DNA of 64,000 bases from Minisyncoccia bacterium (GTDB lineage: Bacteria; Patescibacteriota; Minisyncoccia; Phycocordibacterales; UBA918): assembly GCA_041750655.1 (NCBI GenBank), contig JBGSYZ010000017.1, forward strand, positions 4,142 to 68,141, given 5' to 3'. The notes beneath the pieces are model-generated. The model was given only the letters and a program-made list of their open reading frames with translations, searched no databases and was not told the DNA's origin. The translations under genes and the position numbers were made by a program. Position 1 is the first letter of the stretch; the number at the start of each line of letters is the position of its first letter. Positions 1 through 10,503 of this stretch are shown here, piece after piece.

Positions 1-3000
1 CTGTCTTCCGTTACGTTTGGTACTTCCGGTCGTTCCTACGGTACCGGTTCGAGCATGACCCTGGCTGCACAAAAGAAGACCGCTGCGGTAACTCCGGACA
101 CCTACGTGTACTACCTGGTGGCTCCAAGTGCTGGCGCCGGTACAGTGCAGATTGCTGGGTCACTCAATAACCGGCGCGCTAAAATTGACCTCTACGAACT
201 GCAAGACATTGATCAGTCAAGTCCAGTTGGCAATACCGCAGTTGCTGGTGGTAGTAGTGCTGCCAGTGTGACGGTCAATATCACCAATGCGCAGGCCGAT
301 AGCATTTTAATTGGCGGTCTGACGGTGAAAGACGGTACCAATTCAATTACGCCATCGGGTTATACTGAAGACGAACAGTCTGCTGTTGGCACCGCTTTCA
401 CTGGGTTGGCGGGCAGTACCGGCCACGAAACGAAGTCGAGCATCAGTGCCTCGAGCTGGTCGGGTACATTCTCGTCGTCTAACTTTACCACGGCCGCTGT
501 CGCTGAGTTTAAGCAGGCACCGGTCACACTAACGGCATTCGGTTCGTTCACCGGAACACTCTATGAGAGTGACGGCGTCACCCCGATCACGACCCAACCA
601 ACGATAAAATTGGCGATCGGTACCAGTACCCCCAGTGCTACTACCACCGTAGCCGCTGCTGATGGAACGTACAGTTTTTCTGGCATTAGTACAACGAGTA
701 TTTTAGTTGACACGCCAATTACGGCCTTCGTCGACGCGACCAGTACGTTGCGCGCGGCGACAATCTCAAAAATAGCCACCACTTCTGGAGGTGTCGCTAG
801 CCTTGATTTGTATCAGGATACGGTAATAGTAAAACAAGAAGGTGCGACCAGTACCACGTTGTCTGACTTGGCCTTTTACGACAGCACCGTTGATAGTGAT
901 GTTCAGTTTACTGCTTCGAGCTCGCTCGACTCGCTCAATGTTCTCAGTGGCCAGACGTTTTATATTGCAAATGGCTCAGCGTTCGCTGCCGCTGCGTCAA
1001 CCACACTCTCGGGCTCTTTTGTAAATAATGGTACTTCCACACACGCTGGTGAAACGCTCCGTCTCACCGGTTCGGGGAAGACTTTGTCGGGCGCGCTCAC
1101 TGGCGGTAACGCATTTGGTAATGTCATCGTCACTGGTGATTATGAGTTTTTGAATACGGCTGAACTGGCTGATTTTAACATTACCAACGGTACCACCACA
1201 GCAACGAGTACCCTGACCATCACTGGTGACTACACCAACGCTGGTGTCTTTGTACACAACAACGGGACGGTGGTGTTTGCCAGCACCAGTCAGCAAACGG
1301 CGACGGGTACGATGACCGGTACCAGTGCGTTTTATAACCTCACCATAGACAATACGTCACAGAACGGCACCACCAGCCAGTCGGTTATTTTAGGCGCCGC
1401 CGCCTCGAGCACCAATACCTTTACGGTCACGGCGAGTTCGTCTGTTCAGTTTATGTCTGGCCAAGATTACTCTTTCGGCGATCTTAACTGGGACGGTACT
1501 TCAGGTTCACCAGTGTGGTTACTCTCGAGTAGTGTCGGCGTTCCGTGGATGCTTAATGTCACTGGTACACAAATCAATGTCAACTATGTAAATGTTCGAG
1601 ATTCCAATGCTGCTCAGACCACAGGCAGCGTACTGGCCGACACCAACTCAATAGATATGGGCGGCAATACCAACTGGACTTTTGCTAATGGATCACCTGT
1701 AAATTGGAATTCATCCAGTTGGACTCTTTATGACACTATTACTATCAGTGCGTCTAATATCGATGATGCGCTGACCGACTTCCCGGTATATGTTGACTTA
1801 TCCGATCTCTCAGCGACATTCTGGAGCACGACTCCCAGCGCTACTAACTACGTTGGTAGCGACATCCGTGTTACCACAGATAGTGGCTCACCAACCGAAC
1901 TGCCACGAGAACTGGTGTTCGCGTCAAGCACAACACAAACTGGTGAACTCTGGTTTAAGGCCAATTCCATTAGCTCCACGACCGACACTACCTTCCGTGT
2001 CTATTACAACGGCACGTCCACCGGTGATTACGCCTCGACTACAACGTACGGTTCGCAAAACGTTTGGACAAACGGCTTTGAAGCCGTCTACCACTTCAAC
2101 GAAGATCCAGGCGTAGCTGGTGCTGGTGAGATTATCGACTCAACTGGAAATGGAAACGACGGTACCGACAATGGTTCAATGACCAGCGCTGATAGGGTAG
2201 CGGGTAAGACGGGGTACTCCTTTGATTTAGACGGTAGTAACGACTACATTAATTTTACCGACATTGACTATGCTTCAGCGCCGTTTACGATGAGCGCGTG
2301 GGGCAAAACGACAAACAGCGGTGCACAGCGACTGATTACAAAATCGAACGGCACTACGCAACCGCAGAGTATTATTACTGCTGCCAGTAGTCTGGAATAC
2401 AACTTCGATAATTATGGTACCGCTTTCACTTCATACAGCACGACACAACACCGCAATGGTAATTGGCATTACTTCGTCGGTACGGCAGATGCAAGTTACG
2501 GATACGCCTATTTCGATGGTACGGCAGTAGCGAGCACCTCACATGACAACACTTGGGCAACTGACAATTCCACCTGGAAGGCCGGGTCAATTGACGGCAC
2601 GGGGGAGTTTTGGACCGGTCAAATCGACGAAGTTCGTATTGCTTCATCGACCCGCAGCGATGCATGGGTTAAGGCTGAATACTATAACCAAGCAACCACG
2701 ACTGATTTTTATACAGTGAACAAAGTGATGCCAATTACTATTACAGGAATTCTTTATTCTGATGAAGGTGTTACTCAAATTACGTCAGGTAAAACGATCA
2801 AACTCATGGTCGGTACCAGTACGTACGATAGTGTCTTTGCTACCACCACCGATAGCGGGGCGGGGACATTTCATTTTAATGTTCCTGACACTTATCTAGC
2901 CGCTGGTCTTAATCTGCTTACCGCGTGGGTTGATGGTGATAGTGGTACGCGGGCGGCACTGGTGTACAAACTCAACGGTACAACCACAGACGTAACCGGA

Positions 3001-6000
3001 ATCGACTTGTACCAGAACCATGTGAGTGTCCGTAGTGAGGACGGCGGTATTTATAGCCCGGTGACAGCAGCTGATCTAGCACGGTACGATGCTACCGCCG
3101 ACATCGATATCCAGTTCGACGCGGCCACCACTGGTGGCACGGCCCTCACTGTCTATCCCGGCAATGAGCTGTACCTGTGGCCAGGGACTGTATTTGTGCC
3201 TGGTAATTCAGTTGTACTCCAAGGCAACGCTGGCAGTGGCACCGACGGATCGCTTGAGCTTACGAGTGGAGCAGCGCTCTACATGGCCTCAGGCACGCTT
3301 TCTGTAGCGGGTAATTTTACCGCAGCAACTGATAGCTACTTTATTGAACCAGCTGGTGGCCTCTTCTTCACCGCCACAACTACCGGTAAAACAATAGACG
3401 CTGCTTTTACAGCCAACTACATTGATTTAGAAAATATAACCTTTAACGGTAGCGGCGGAGGGTGGACATTCTCTAGTAACGCTACCGCTACTGACCTCAC
3501 TATTAGTGCCGGTAGTGTGGCTATAGCATCAGGGAAAGTGTTGACTATTCAGGGTGACTTCAGCAACAGCGGTACCTTCAGCAACAGCGGTACTTTGTTA
3601 TTTGGTCCCGGTGAAGGCTACGACATGAACACTGCCGTATTTAATAGCAACGTCAACTTGGTTAGTGACATTGCTTCAGCCCGAGGTATGGACTTCAGTT
3701 CTGATGGAACCAGGCTATTTGTCACAGATTCAACAAACAATGACATTACGGAATACGTCTTGTCTACTCCGTGGGACGTATCGAGTCGAGGAGCTGGTAC
3801 AGCAAAAAATGTTTCGGCTCAGTTGACGCCCTGGACGATTCGGGTGACTCCAGAGGGTAAGACTATATACGTAACCCCTGCATCAGGCAATACGATTTAC
3901 AAGTATGAATTGGCAACTGCTTGGGATATGAGCACGGCTGGGTATGTCGGTACTGTCAGTTTAACTGAAGTCGGAGGAGGTATCCGTGTAATGCGGTTTA
4001 GTCCTGATGGCCTGACGTTTTATGTTGGAGTTGAAAATGTTCTTACATACCAACTGTCCGTGCCATGGGATATCTCAACGGCTACGTATCTGCGCCACTA
4101 TGATTTCACAGCGCAGGAAGCTGAATTACATGGTTTAGAGTTCAACCCGAACGGTACTCAGATATACGTAACGGGTCGGGCTGGAGATGATGTGAATGTG
4201 TACAACCTAGCTACACCGTGGGAACTATCCACCTCTTCTATCTCGTACGTGAATACCCCGCTAGTATTAACTACTGCTGAACCTCGTTCGTCGGCCATAA
4301 ATAGTGACGGTACAAAATACTTTACTATAAGTGACACTGCTACTATTTTGTCTACGTATGACTTATCCGAAATACCCCAGACAATTTCTGGCAATCTCAG
4401 TGGAGCGAGTAATCTTGGTGATATAACGATACGTTCGGCCACTTCTACCTCGTTTAGTAATAATGCTTCAACAACGGACTTCGTCATTGAAAATGGTGTA
4501 GTGACAGCACCGAGCCTGCTTTCTGTCGCCGGCAACTACACTAATAATAGTGTCTTTGACGCCAACAGTGGGGAAGTAGTGTTCAACGGCGCCAGCCAGC
4601 AAACTGCCACTGGTTCGCTCAGTGGCACCAGCGCCTTTGCCGACCTAACCATCAGCAATACCTCACAAAACGGTACAACGAGCCAATCAGTTATATTCGG
4701 TGCTGTGGCTTCCACTACTGGTACGTTTACTATGATTGCTAGTACCTCCGCTCAATTCTTAGCTAACGCGACCAATACATTTCAAAATGTCAGCATTAAT
4801 GGCGGGTCAAATGTGTCCGAAGCATGGCTCCGTTCTAGTACTGGTGGAACGGAGTGGTATATGGCCGTGCCGGGTACATCAGACGTAAACTATGCAAATA
4901 TAAAAGATTCCAATGTTTGTGGTTCGGTTGGTGGGGGACTGACAGCCACTTCTAGTACCGATGTAAGTAATAATACCTGTTGGACATTTGTCGATACGAT
5001 AGAGGCCGGTGATATTATTTTGGCTGATCATAGCACCGGTCAGGCTGATAGCACATTTTCTTTTCAAAATGAGACTGACCAAGTTTTATTCACTTTTCAA
5101 ATGAGTACCAGTACCGAAGCGGAAATTATCAGCAACCTAGTAGTTTCACTATCGGGTATCAGAAAAATGAATACCGGTAATCTCTTAAATATTAAACTGT
5201 ATCGTGACATAGATAGTAATGGAACCTATGACCCTGAAAATGATGTTCAGGTTGGTGGTTCTGGTGTATTAAGTATAGAAGGGCAGACAGGGTCTATTGA
5301 GTTTGGTACCAGCTTTACTGCAACTGGAACCCACGATTATATTTTGGTAGCTGATACGTACGCATTGTTATCTAGTGCTCAGGCCATCCTTGATTTGTTT
5401 GCTTCAGGCATTACTGCACTTGGTCAGAACAGTGGTCTACCACCTACGATTTCTGGTACTGTCTCTTCAATCCAGCAAATTCGTGGAGGGACAGGTGGAG
5501 GAGGGTCGTCTGCCTCAATTGGCGGGTCAGCACCTGCAGGTAATGGTGTTGTAAGTGGCGGCGGTTCTGGTGGGGGAGGTCAAGTTGATACTAATACTGG
5601 TGGCGGACTAATTGGAAACCCTCCAGGATTTTACTGGCCAACTAACAATTCTGGTAGTTGGACCAATCCAAGCAATGCCTACGATAAAACCGATGGAACG
5701 TATGCTTCAGATAATAGTGGTGTAAGCAATGAGTACGGTGAGTATACTGGTCTCAGTATTCCTGGCGGAAATACGATACAAGGAATTGAAGTTAAACTTG
5801 AAATATCAGGTACTACAGCTGCAGGAAACATTGGTATCGAGTTATCATGGGATGGTGGTAATACTTGGACAGCCACTGGATACACCACTCCAACACTAAC
5901 CACTACCGATACAGTTGTTTCAGTTGGTGGGCCGAGTACCTTGTGGGGAAGAAGTTGGTCAGCAAGTGAGTTTAATGGCACTAATTTCCAAGTCAGATTG

Positions 6001-6102
6001 ACAGGCAGTCCTTCATCGAACACGGTGCAAGTGGACGCAATACAGGTTCGTGTCTATCACCAGACAGATGGTGGCTCAGGCGGTGGGGGCGGCGCAATTT
6101 AG
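1..6102 (+). CDS. Giant Thr/Ser/Gly-rich surface protein, 5'-truncated (DUF2341-like + LamG/ConA domain, beta-propeller, repeated beta-helix/Ig modules)
   Basis: Frame is open from base 1; LTDFPVYVDL...SDIRVT...ELWFK (DUF2341-like) followed by AVYHFNE...GQIDEVRI (LamG); repeated FSxDGT...YxLSTPWDxS propeller blades; duplicated NTSQNGTTSQSVI module. Confidence 0.8.
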   Translation: MSSVTFGTSGRSYGTGSSMTLAAQKKTAAVTPDTYVYYLVAPSAGAGTVQIAGSLNNRRAKIDLYELQDIDQSSPVGNTAVAGGSSAASVTVNITNAQADSILIGGLTVKDGTNSITPSGYTEDEQSAVGTAFTGLAGSTGHETKSSISASSWSGTFSSSNFTTAAVAEFKQAPVTLTAFGSFTGTLYESDGVTPITTQPTIKLAIGTSTPSATTTVAAADGTYSFSGISTTSILVDTPITAFVDATSTLRAATISKIATTSGGVASLDLYQDTVIVKQEGATSTTLSDLAFYDSTVDSDVQFTASSSLDSLNVLSGQTFYIANGSAFAAAASTTLSGSFVNNGTSTHAGETLRLTGSGKTLSGALTGGNAFGNVIVTGDYEFLNTAELADFNITNGTTTATSTLTITGDYTNAGVFVHNNGTVVFASTSQQTATGTMTGTSAFYNLTIDNTSQNGTTSQSVILGAAASSTNTFTVTASSSVQFMSGQDYSFGDLNWDGTSGSPVWLLSSSVGVPWMLNVTGTQINVNYVNVRDSNAAQTTGSVLADTNSIDMGGNTNWTFANGSPVNWNSSSWTLYDTITISASNIDDALTDFPVYVDLSDLSATFWSTTPSATNYVGSDIRVTTDSGSPTELPRELVFASSTTQTGELWFKANSISSTTDTTFRVYYNGTSTGDYASTTTYGSQNVWTNGFEAVYHFNEDPGVAGAGEIIDSTGNGNDGTDNGSMTSADRVAGKTGYSFDLDGSNDYINFTDIDYASAPFTMSAWGKTTNSGAQRLITKSNGTTQPQSIITAASSLEYNFDNYGTAFTSYSTTQHRNGNWHYFVGTADASYGYAYFDGTAVASTSHDNTWATDNSTWKAGSIDGTGEFWTGQIDEVRIASSTRSDAWVKAEYYNQATTTDFYTVNKVMPITITGILYSDEGVTQITSGKTIKLMVGTSTYDSVFATTTDSGAGTFHFNVPDTYLAAGLNLLTAWVDGDSGTRAALVYKLNGTTTDVTGIDLYQNHVSVRSEDGGIYSPVTAADLARYDATADIDIQFDAATTGGTALTVYPGNELYLWPGTVFVPGNSVVLQGNAGSGTDGSLELTSGAALYMASGTLSVAGNFTAATDSYFIEPAGGLFFTATTTGKTIDAAFTANYIDLENITFNGSGGGWTFSSNATATDLTISAGSVAIASGKVLTIQGDFSNSGTFSNSGTLLFGPGEGYDMNTAVFNSNVNLVSDIASARGMDFSSDGTRLFVTDSTNNDITEYVLSTPWDVSSRGAGTAKNVSAQLTPWTIRVTPEGKTIYVTPASGNTIYKYELATAWDMSTAGYVGTVSLTEVGGGIRVMRFSPDGLTFYVGVENVLTYQLSVPWDISTATYLRHYDFTAQEAELHGLEFNPNGTQIYVTGRAGDDVNVYNLATPWELSTSSISYVNTPLVLTTAEPRSSAINSDGTKYFTISDTATILSTYDLSEIPQTISGNLSGASNLGDITIRSATSTSFSNNASTTDFVIENGVVTAPSLLSVAGNYTNNSVFDANSGEVVFNGASQQTATGSLSGTSAFADLTISNTSQNGTTSQSVIFGAVASTTGTFTMIASTSAQFLANATNTFQNVSINGGSNVSEAWLRSSTGGTEWYMAVPGTSDVNYANIKDSNVCGSVGGGLTATSSTDVSNNTCWTFVDTIEAGDIILADHSTGQADSTFSFQNETDQVLFTFQMSTSTEAEIISNLVVSLSGIRKMNTGNLLNIKLYRDIDSNGTYDPENDVQVGGSGVLSIEGQTGSIEFGTSFTATGTHDYILVADTYALLSSAQAILDLFASGITALGQNSGLPPTISGTVSSIQQIRGGTGGGGSSASIGGSAPAGNGVVSGGGSGGGGQVDTNTGGGLIGNPPGFYWPTNNSGSWTNPSNAYDKTDGTYASDNSGVSNEYGEYTGLSIPGGNTIQGIEVKLEISGTTAAGNIGIELSWDGGNTWTATGYTTPTLTTTDTVVSVGGPSTLWGRSWSASEFNGTNFQVRLTGSPSSNTVQVDAIQVRVYHQTDGGSGGGGGAI

Positions 6103-6320
6103 CTCAAATTCTATCCGAAATAACTAATGAAAATATAGCTATTTCGCCAAGTCGCTCAACGTTATTAAAAAGTAAAATTTACTAATATTACTATAGTAGA
6201 TATGGAAAAATCAGATAGACTAAAACATGGAAAAATAGGGCTGAGGATAAGTAATCAGACGGTTTTCATTGCTTGCAGTATAGTTATACCGTAATAAGTA
6301 CCTAAATATATAAATTAATT

Positions 6321-7361
6321 ATGATAAGAGTAGCTATTAATGGGTTTGGTCGAATCGGAAGAACATTTTTTCGTATGGCATTTGACCACCCCGATTTTGA
6401 GATTGTAGCCATTAACGATTTGGGGGATTTAGAAAATCTGGCTTACTTACTCAGATACGACACTGTCTATGGACGTAGTGGTTTTGAGGTTGAAGTAAAG
6501 GATACTAATCTACTGTTGGTAAATGGCAAAGAAGTACAATTTAGTCAGGTTCGTGACCCGTTAACGTTGCCGTGGAAGGAGCATGATATTGATATTGTTT
6601 TGGAAGCGACCGGAGTGTTTGCTGGGTATGCAAAGTCAAAAGCTCATCTTGAAGCCGGAGCTAAGCGGGTGGTAATTTCAGCTCCAGTAAAAGATGACCC
6701 AGTAGCAGCTGGTGTTGATGGTGCGACGGTACTGATGGGGGTGAATGATGAAGCTTTAAACACTTGTAGCATAAGTTCAAATGCTTCATGTACCACTAAT
6801 GCTACTAGTCCACTCATCTCAATTTTGAAAGCTGGCATTGGTATAGAAAAAGCTGTACTCAACACTGTGCACGCGTACACGGCTACTCAGTCATTACAAG
6901 ATGGACCAAGTAAAAAAGATTTGCGCTCAGGTAGAGCAGCCGCTCAAAATATTATTCCGACTTCAACCGGAGCAGCTGTCGCCACCACTTTGGCACACAC
7001 AGATTTAACTGGTAAGTTTGATGGTATTGCTATGCGTGTGCCGGTACCAGTTGGATCGATTGTTGACGTGACGTTTATTGCCTCGCGCGAAACTTCAGTT
7101 GAAGAAGTAAATAAGATTATGAAAGAAGCTGCTGAGTCTAAGGCCTGGCAAAAATTATTTGCAGTTACTGAAGAACCAGTTGTATCATCCGATATTATTG
7201 GAGCACGGTACGCTTCGATAGCTGACTTAGCCTTTACTCGAGTAGTGGGTGGTAATCTTGTAAAGGTTTTGGCTTGGTATGATAATGAAACCAGCTACAC
7301 GCATACACTCGTCGAGCACGTAGCTGCTATCTCAAAATTTCTCAGTCGTAAAGAATCATGA
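6321..7361 (+). CDS. gap: Glyceraldehyde-3-phosphate dehydrogenase type I
   Basis: INGFGRIGR, SNASCTTN, AWYDNE motifs. Confidence 0.97.
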   Translation: MIRVAINGFGRIGRTFFRMAFDHPDFEIVAINDLGDLENLAYLLRYDTVYGRSGFEVEVKDTNLLLVNGKEVQFSQVRDPLTLPWKEHDIDIVLEATGVFAGYAKSKAHLEAGAKRVVISAPVKDDPVAAGVDGATVLMGVNDEALNTCSISSNASCTTNATSPLISILKAGIGIEKAVLNTVHAYTATQSLQDGPSKKDLRSGRAAAQNIIPTSTGAAVATTLAHTDLTGKFDGIAMRVPVPVGSIVDVTFIASRETSVEEVNKIMKEAAESKAWQKLFAVTEEPVVSSDIIGARYASIADLAFTRVVGGNLVKVLAWYDNETSYTHTLVEHVAAISKFLSRKES

Positions 7362-7819
7362 AAATCTATCTAGCCACTGATCATGCCGGGTTTGAATTAA
7401 AAAATGTTATTAAGGAACATCTAGAAAAAACCGGCTTATATGAGGTGGAAGATTGTGGAGCGTTTACACATGAACCACTCGATGATTATCCTGATTATAT
7501 AAGTGAAGCAGCTAAAAAAGTTTCTTGCAGCCCAACAGATTCTCGAGCAATAATTTTTGGTGGATCCGGGCAAGGTGAAGCAATGTTAGCTAATCGGTAT
7601 AAAAATGTCCGAGCTGCTGTGTACTACGGCGGTCCAAAAGAAATCGTCACCCTTTCTCGTGAACATAACGATAGTAATATTTTTTCGCTCGGCGCCCGAT
7701 TTGTCTCTCACTCTGAAGCGATAGAAGTTGTTGATGTATGGCTTGAAACTGGATTTTTGTCTGACGATAAATATATCAGACGTGTTAAGAAGGCTGAGCG
7801 TTTATCTGCCCTAAGGTGA
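7358..7819 (+). CDS. rpiB: Ribose-5-phosphate isomerase B
   Basis: ATDHAG, DYPD, GGSGQG, SREHNDSN; overlaps gap stop (ATGA). Confidence 0.92.
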   Translation: MKIYLATDHAGFELKNVIKEHLEKTGLYEVEDCGAFTHEPLDDYPDYISEAAKKVSCSPTDSRAIIFGGSGQGEAMLANRYKNVRAAVYYGGPKEIVTLSREHNDSNIFSLGARFVSHSEAIEVVDVWLETGFLSDDKYIRRVKKAERLSALR

Positions 7820-7831
7820 TAAAATAGCTTT

Positions 7832-8317
7832 ATGGTGTTTAAAAATCATACACAAAGAGGGTTTACGTTGATCGAACTTTTAATTGTGATTATGATTATT
7901 GGTGTGTTGGCGGCCGTGGTAATTCCTGCTCTACAAAGAGCTCGAGATAAAGCGGTGGATGCCAAAAGAATAGGTGAGGCCGATGGAGTGCGTAAAGCTT
8001 TGGAACAATATTTTAATGAGAATGATGAGTACCCTGATGATGGGGTGAGTAACAACGAAGTATTCTTGAGCACTCTTGATTCAGCATTAGTCCCAGAATT
8101 TATACTCGGTATTCCAATAGACCCAGTTTTTGGTGATACTGCCACGGGGTATAAATATTGTGTAACTGATGATTTAGAAAGTTATCATATTAGAATTCAC
8201 CTAAATGATGATGGGAATGCTAGTACAACAGATTATTGTGGGGTACAAAGAGGAAACGATGCAGTCAGTGCTTGCCCGAATGCTGCCATTGATGATCTAT
8301 GTTCAGACCGCTTCTAA
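7832..8317 (+). CDS. Type IV pilin / T2SS pseudopilin-like protein
   Basis: Prepilin motif RG|FTLIELLIVI, hydrophobic helix, IPIDP, C-terminal Cys pairs. Confidence 0.9.
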   Translation: MVFKNHTQRGFTLIELLIVIMIIGVLAAVVIPALQRARDKAVDAKRIGEADGVRKALEQYFNENDEYPDDGVSNNEVFLSTLDSALVPEFILGIPIDPVFGDTATGYKYCVTDDLESYHIRIHLNDDGNASTTDYCGVQRGNDAVSACPNAAIDDLCSDRF

Positions 8318-8322
8318 AAAAT

Positions 8323-8871
8323 ATGATTACTAAACAAAAAACACACTTTGGTTTTACTCTCATAGAGTTAATGGTAGTTATTGCTATCATCGGCTTTTTG
8401 TCAGCTGTTATTTTAGTATCACTTAACAAAGCAAGAGATAAGGGTGAGAACGCAGAAATGATTCAACAAGTTCGAGAATATATTAATGCTATTCAACTTT
8501 CATACGTACCAAATGGCAATATGTTTCCAAATTACGGTTCGTCGGGCGGAGGTAAACAGTTGGGGTGCTTAGTGGTTACCAATGGTTCTAACCAGTGTCA
8601 TTTTAATACTACTTCTGCCACAGTAGTGGCGTATCCTTCTACGCCAAGGAACGTTATCGGTAATTATATAAAACTGGCCCCAATCAATCCGCCAATCGTT
8701 AGCTCTACTGGTAGGATTTTTGATAGTATTAAGTATGGTTCAGAACCAAATGGAAGTTACTTTGTTTTAGAATATCCAATGAAAAACACCACTAATTGTG
8801 GTGTACAAGATGCTTCGCAATTTGGTTCTTTGGTAGGAAATATAACTATTTGCCGCTATGTCTCCCGATAA
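8323..8871 (+). CDS. Type IV pilin-like protein
   Basis: G|FTLIELMVVIAII motif; start moved to MITKQK. Confidence 0.9.
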   Translation: MITKQKTHFGFTLIELMVVIAIIGFLSAVILVSLNKARDKGENAEMIQQVREYINAIQLSYVPNGNMFPNYGSSGGGKQLGCLVVTNGSNQCHFNTTSATVVAYPSTPRNVIGNYIKLAPINPPIVSSTGRIFDSIKYGSEPNGSYFVLEYPMKNTTNCGVQDASQFGSLVGNITICRYVSR

Positions 8872-9553
8872 TAAAAATCAAAAAGTAGTTGTTGTTCCAT
8901 CATATCCAGCACCAACGTTTGAAGATTTGGCTGATGTAGCCATTGATATCAGTAGCGTGTCTGATGAGCTTCAGGTTGATATTGTTGATGGTGAATTTGT
9001 GGAGGCTATTTCGTGGCCATTTAATCAAACAGACACTGATACTGTTGAGGAGCTCGGTAGGCTTATGGAATTGCCTTCTGGTTTGTCGTTAGAGCTTGAT
9101 TGCATGGTGTTGGACCCAGTACAGTATCTGGACACTTTTGTTAGACTCGGGGTGGCACGTGTGATAATTCATTTTGGTAGTACTAATTATTATGAAGAGT
9201 GTCTGGAACATGCTGCTAATAATGATTACCTCATCGGTCTAGCTCTTTTGCCGAATACTGATTTTACAGAGGTTGCTGGCCTCATTGAAAAATTTGATTA
9301 TGTCCAAGTAATGGGTATTGCCGAGGTGGGCGCTCAAGGACAACCATTTGATGAACGAGCTTTAGATTTGATTGCCATCATCAGAGCAAATTTTCCTGAT
9401 AAAGATATTGCAGTCGATGGTGCAGTAAACGCACAGACTATTCCGGCACTAGTAGCTGCTGGAGCCAATCGTCTAGCTCCAGGATCAGCCATCGTGGCAG
9501 CAGCTGACAGAGTAGAAGCATATGGAACGTTGTCGTTTTTAGCTAACAATTAA
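8858..9553 (+). CDS. rpe: Ribulose-phosphate 3-epimerase
   Basis: QVDIVDGEFV, VQVMG...GAQGQPF, AVDGAV, GSAI. Confidence 0.88.
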   Translation: MSPDNKNQKVVVVPSYPAPTFEDLADVAIDISSVSDELQVDIVDGEFVEAISWPFNQTDTDTVEELGRLMELPSGLSLELDCMVLDPVQYLDTFVRLGVARVIIHFGSTNYYEECLEHAANNDYLIGLALLPNTDFTEVAGLIEKFDYVQVMGIAEVGAQGQPFDERALDLIAIIRANFPDKDIAVDGAVNAQTIPALVAAGANRLAPGSAIVAAADRVEAYGTLSFLANN

Positions 9554-9603
9554 CAGTTTGGAGAGCTGAAGTACATTTTTAGTCTGGTATACTGAAAGTC
9601 AAT

Positions 9604-10500
9604 ATGAAGTACCTTAGTGATGCTGAAGTCCATACGCTCGAACAAAAGGCGAACGAGATTCGTCAGAGCATAATAGAAATGCTCGTTGAAGCTGGAAGTG
9701 GACACACAGCTGGTCCGCTCGGCATGGCTGATATATTTACTCTCCTTTACTTTGAGGTAATGCGACACGACCCCAAGAATCCAGATTGGGATGACCGAGA
9801 CCGATTTGTGTTAAGCAATGGTCACATTTGCCCAGGCCTATATGCCACCTTGGCTCACGCCGGTTATTTTCCGGTCGAAGAACTGTTAACATTACGAAAA
9901 TTTGGTTCACGCTTGCAAGGACACCCACACCGAACTTCTCTACCAGGAATTGAAACTAGTTCCGGTCCGTTGGGGTCTGGCCTTTCACAGGCAGTCGGAA
10001 TGGCGTTAGCAGAACGGATGGAAAATCCCTACTCATCTAAATACATATATTGTGTAACCGGCGACGGTGAATTAGATGAGGGTCAAATATGGGAGGCCGC
10101 TATGTTGGCCGGTAAAGAAAAACTTCACAATTTAATTGTAATTGTAGATCGCAATGGGATACAAATTGATGGGTATACAAAAAATGTCATGCCCCTTGAG
10201 CCACTACGAGAAAAGCTGGAAGCCTTTAACTTTGATGTTCAGGAAGTTGATGGGCATAATATTAGAAGTGTTAACGATGCTATTGGAAAAGCACAAGGAG
10301 TATATAGTCAACCATCGATCATAATCGCGCATACGATTCCGAGTAAGGGAGTTGATGTGTTTGAGCGAGATTTTCGCTGGCACGGTAATCCTCCAGGTAA
10401 AGGTCCTGAAGACAGAGTGTCACATGAAGATCAGGGTAAAGTTGCTCTTCAAAAACTTCGTTCACTAGCCGGTTCAATAGAGCCAGCTGATATTGCATAA
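9604..10500 (+). CDS. Transketolase, N-terminal (TPP-binding) subunit
   Basis: GSGH, DRFVLSNGH, LQGHP, SGPLGSG, GDGELDEG. Confidence 0.95.
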   Translation: MKYLSDAEVHTLEQKANEIRQSIIEMLVEAGSGHTAGPLGMADIFTLLYFEVMRHDPKNPDWDDRDRFVLSNGHICPGLYATLAHAGYFPVEELLTLRKFGSRLQGHPHRTSLPGIETSSGPLGSGLSQAVGMALAERMENPYSSKYIYCVTGDGELDEGQIWEAAMLAGKEKLHNLIVIVDRNGIQIDGYTKNVMPLEPLREKLEAFNFDVQEVDGHNIRSVNDAIGKAQGVYSQPSIIIAHTIPSKGVDVFERDFRWHGNPPGKGPEDRVSHEDQGKVALQKLRSLAGSIEPADIA

Positions 10501-10503
10501 AAT

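Noticed and set aside
6202-6294. 30-codon ORF and ATGGAAAAAT direct repeat upstream of gap
   Set aside because: AT-rich, no recognisable motif, overlaps the probable promoter region
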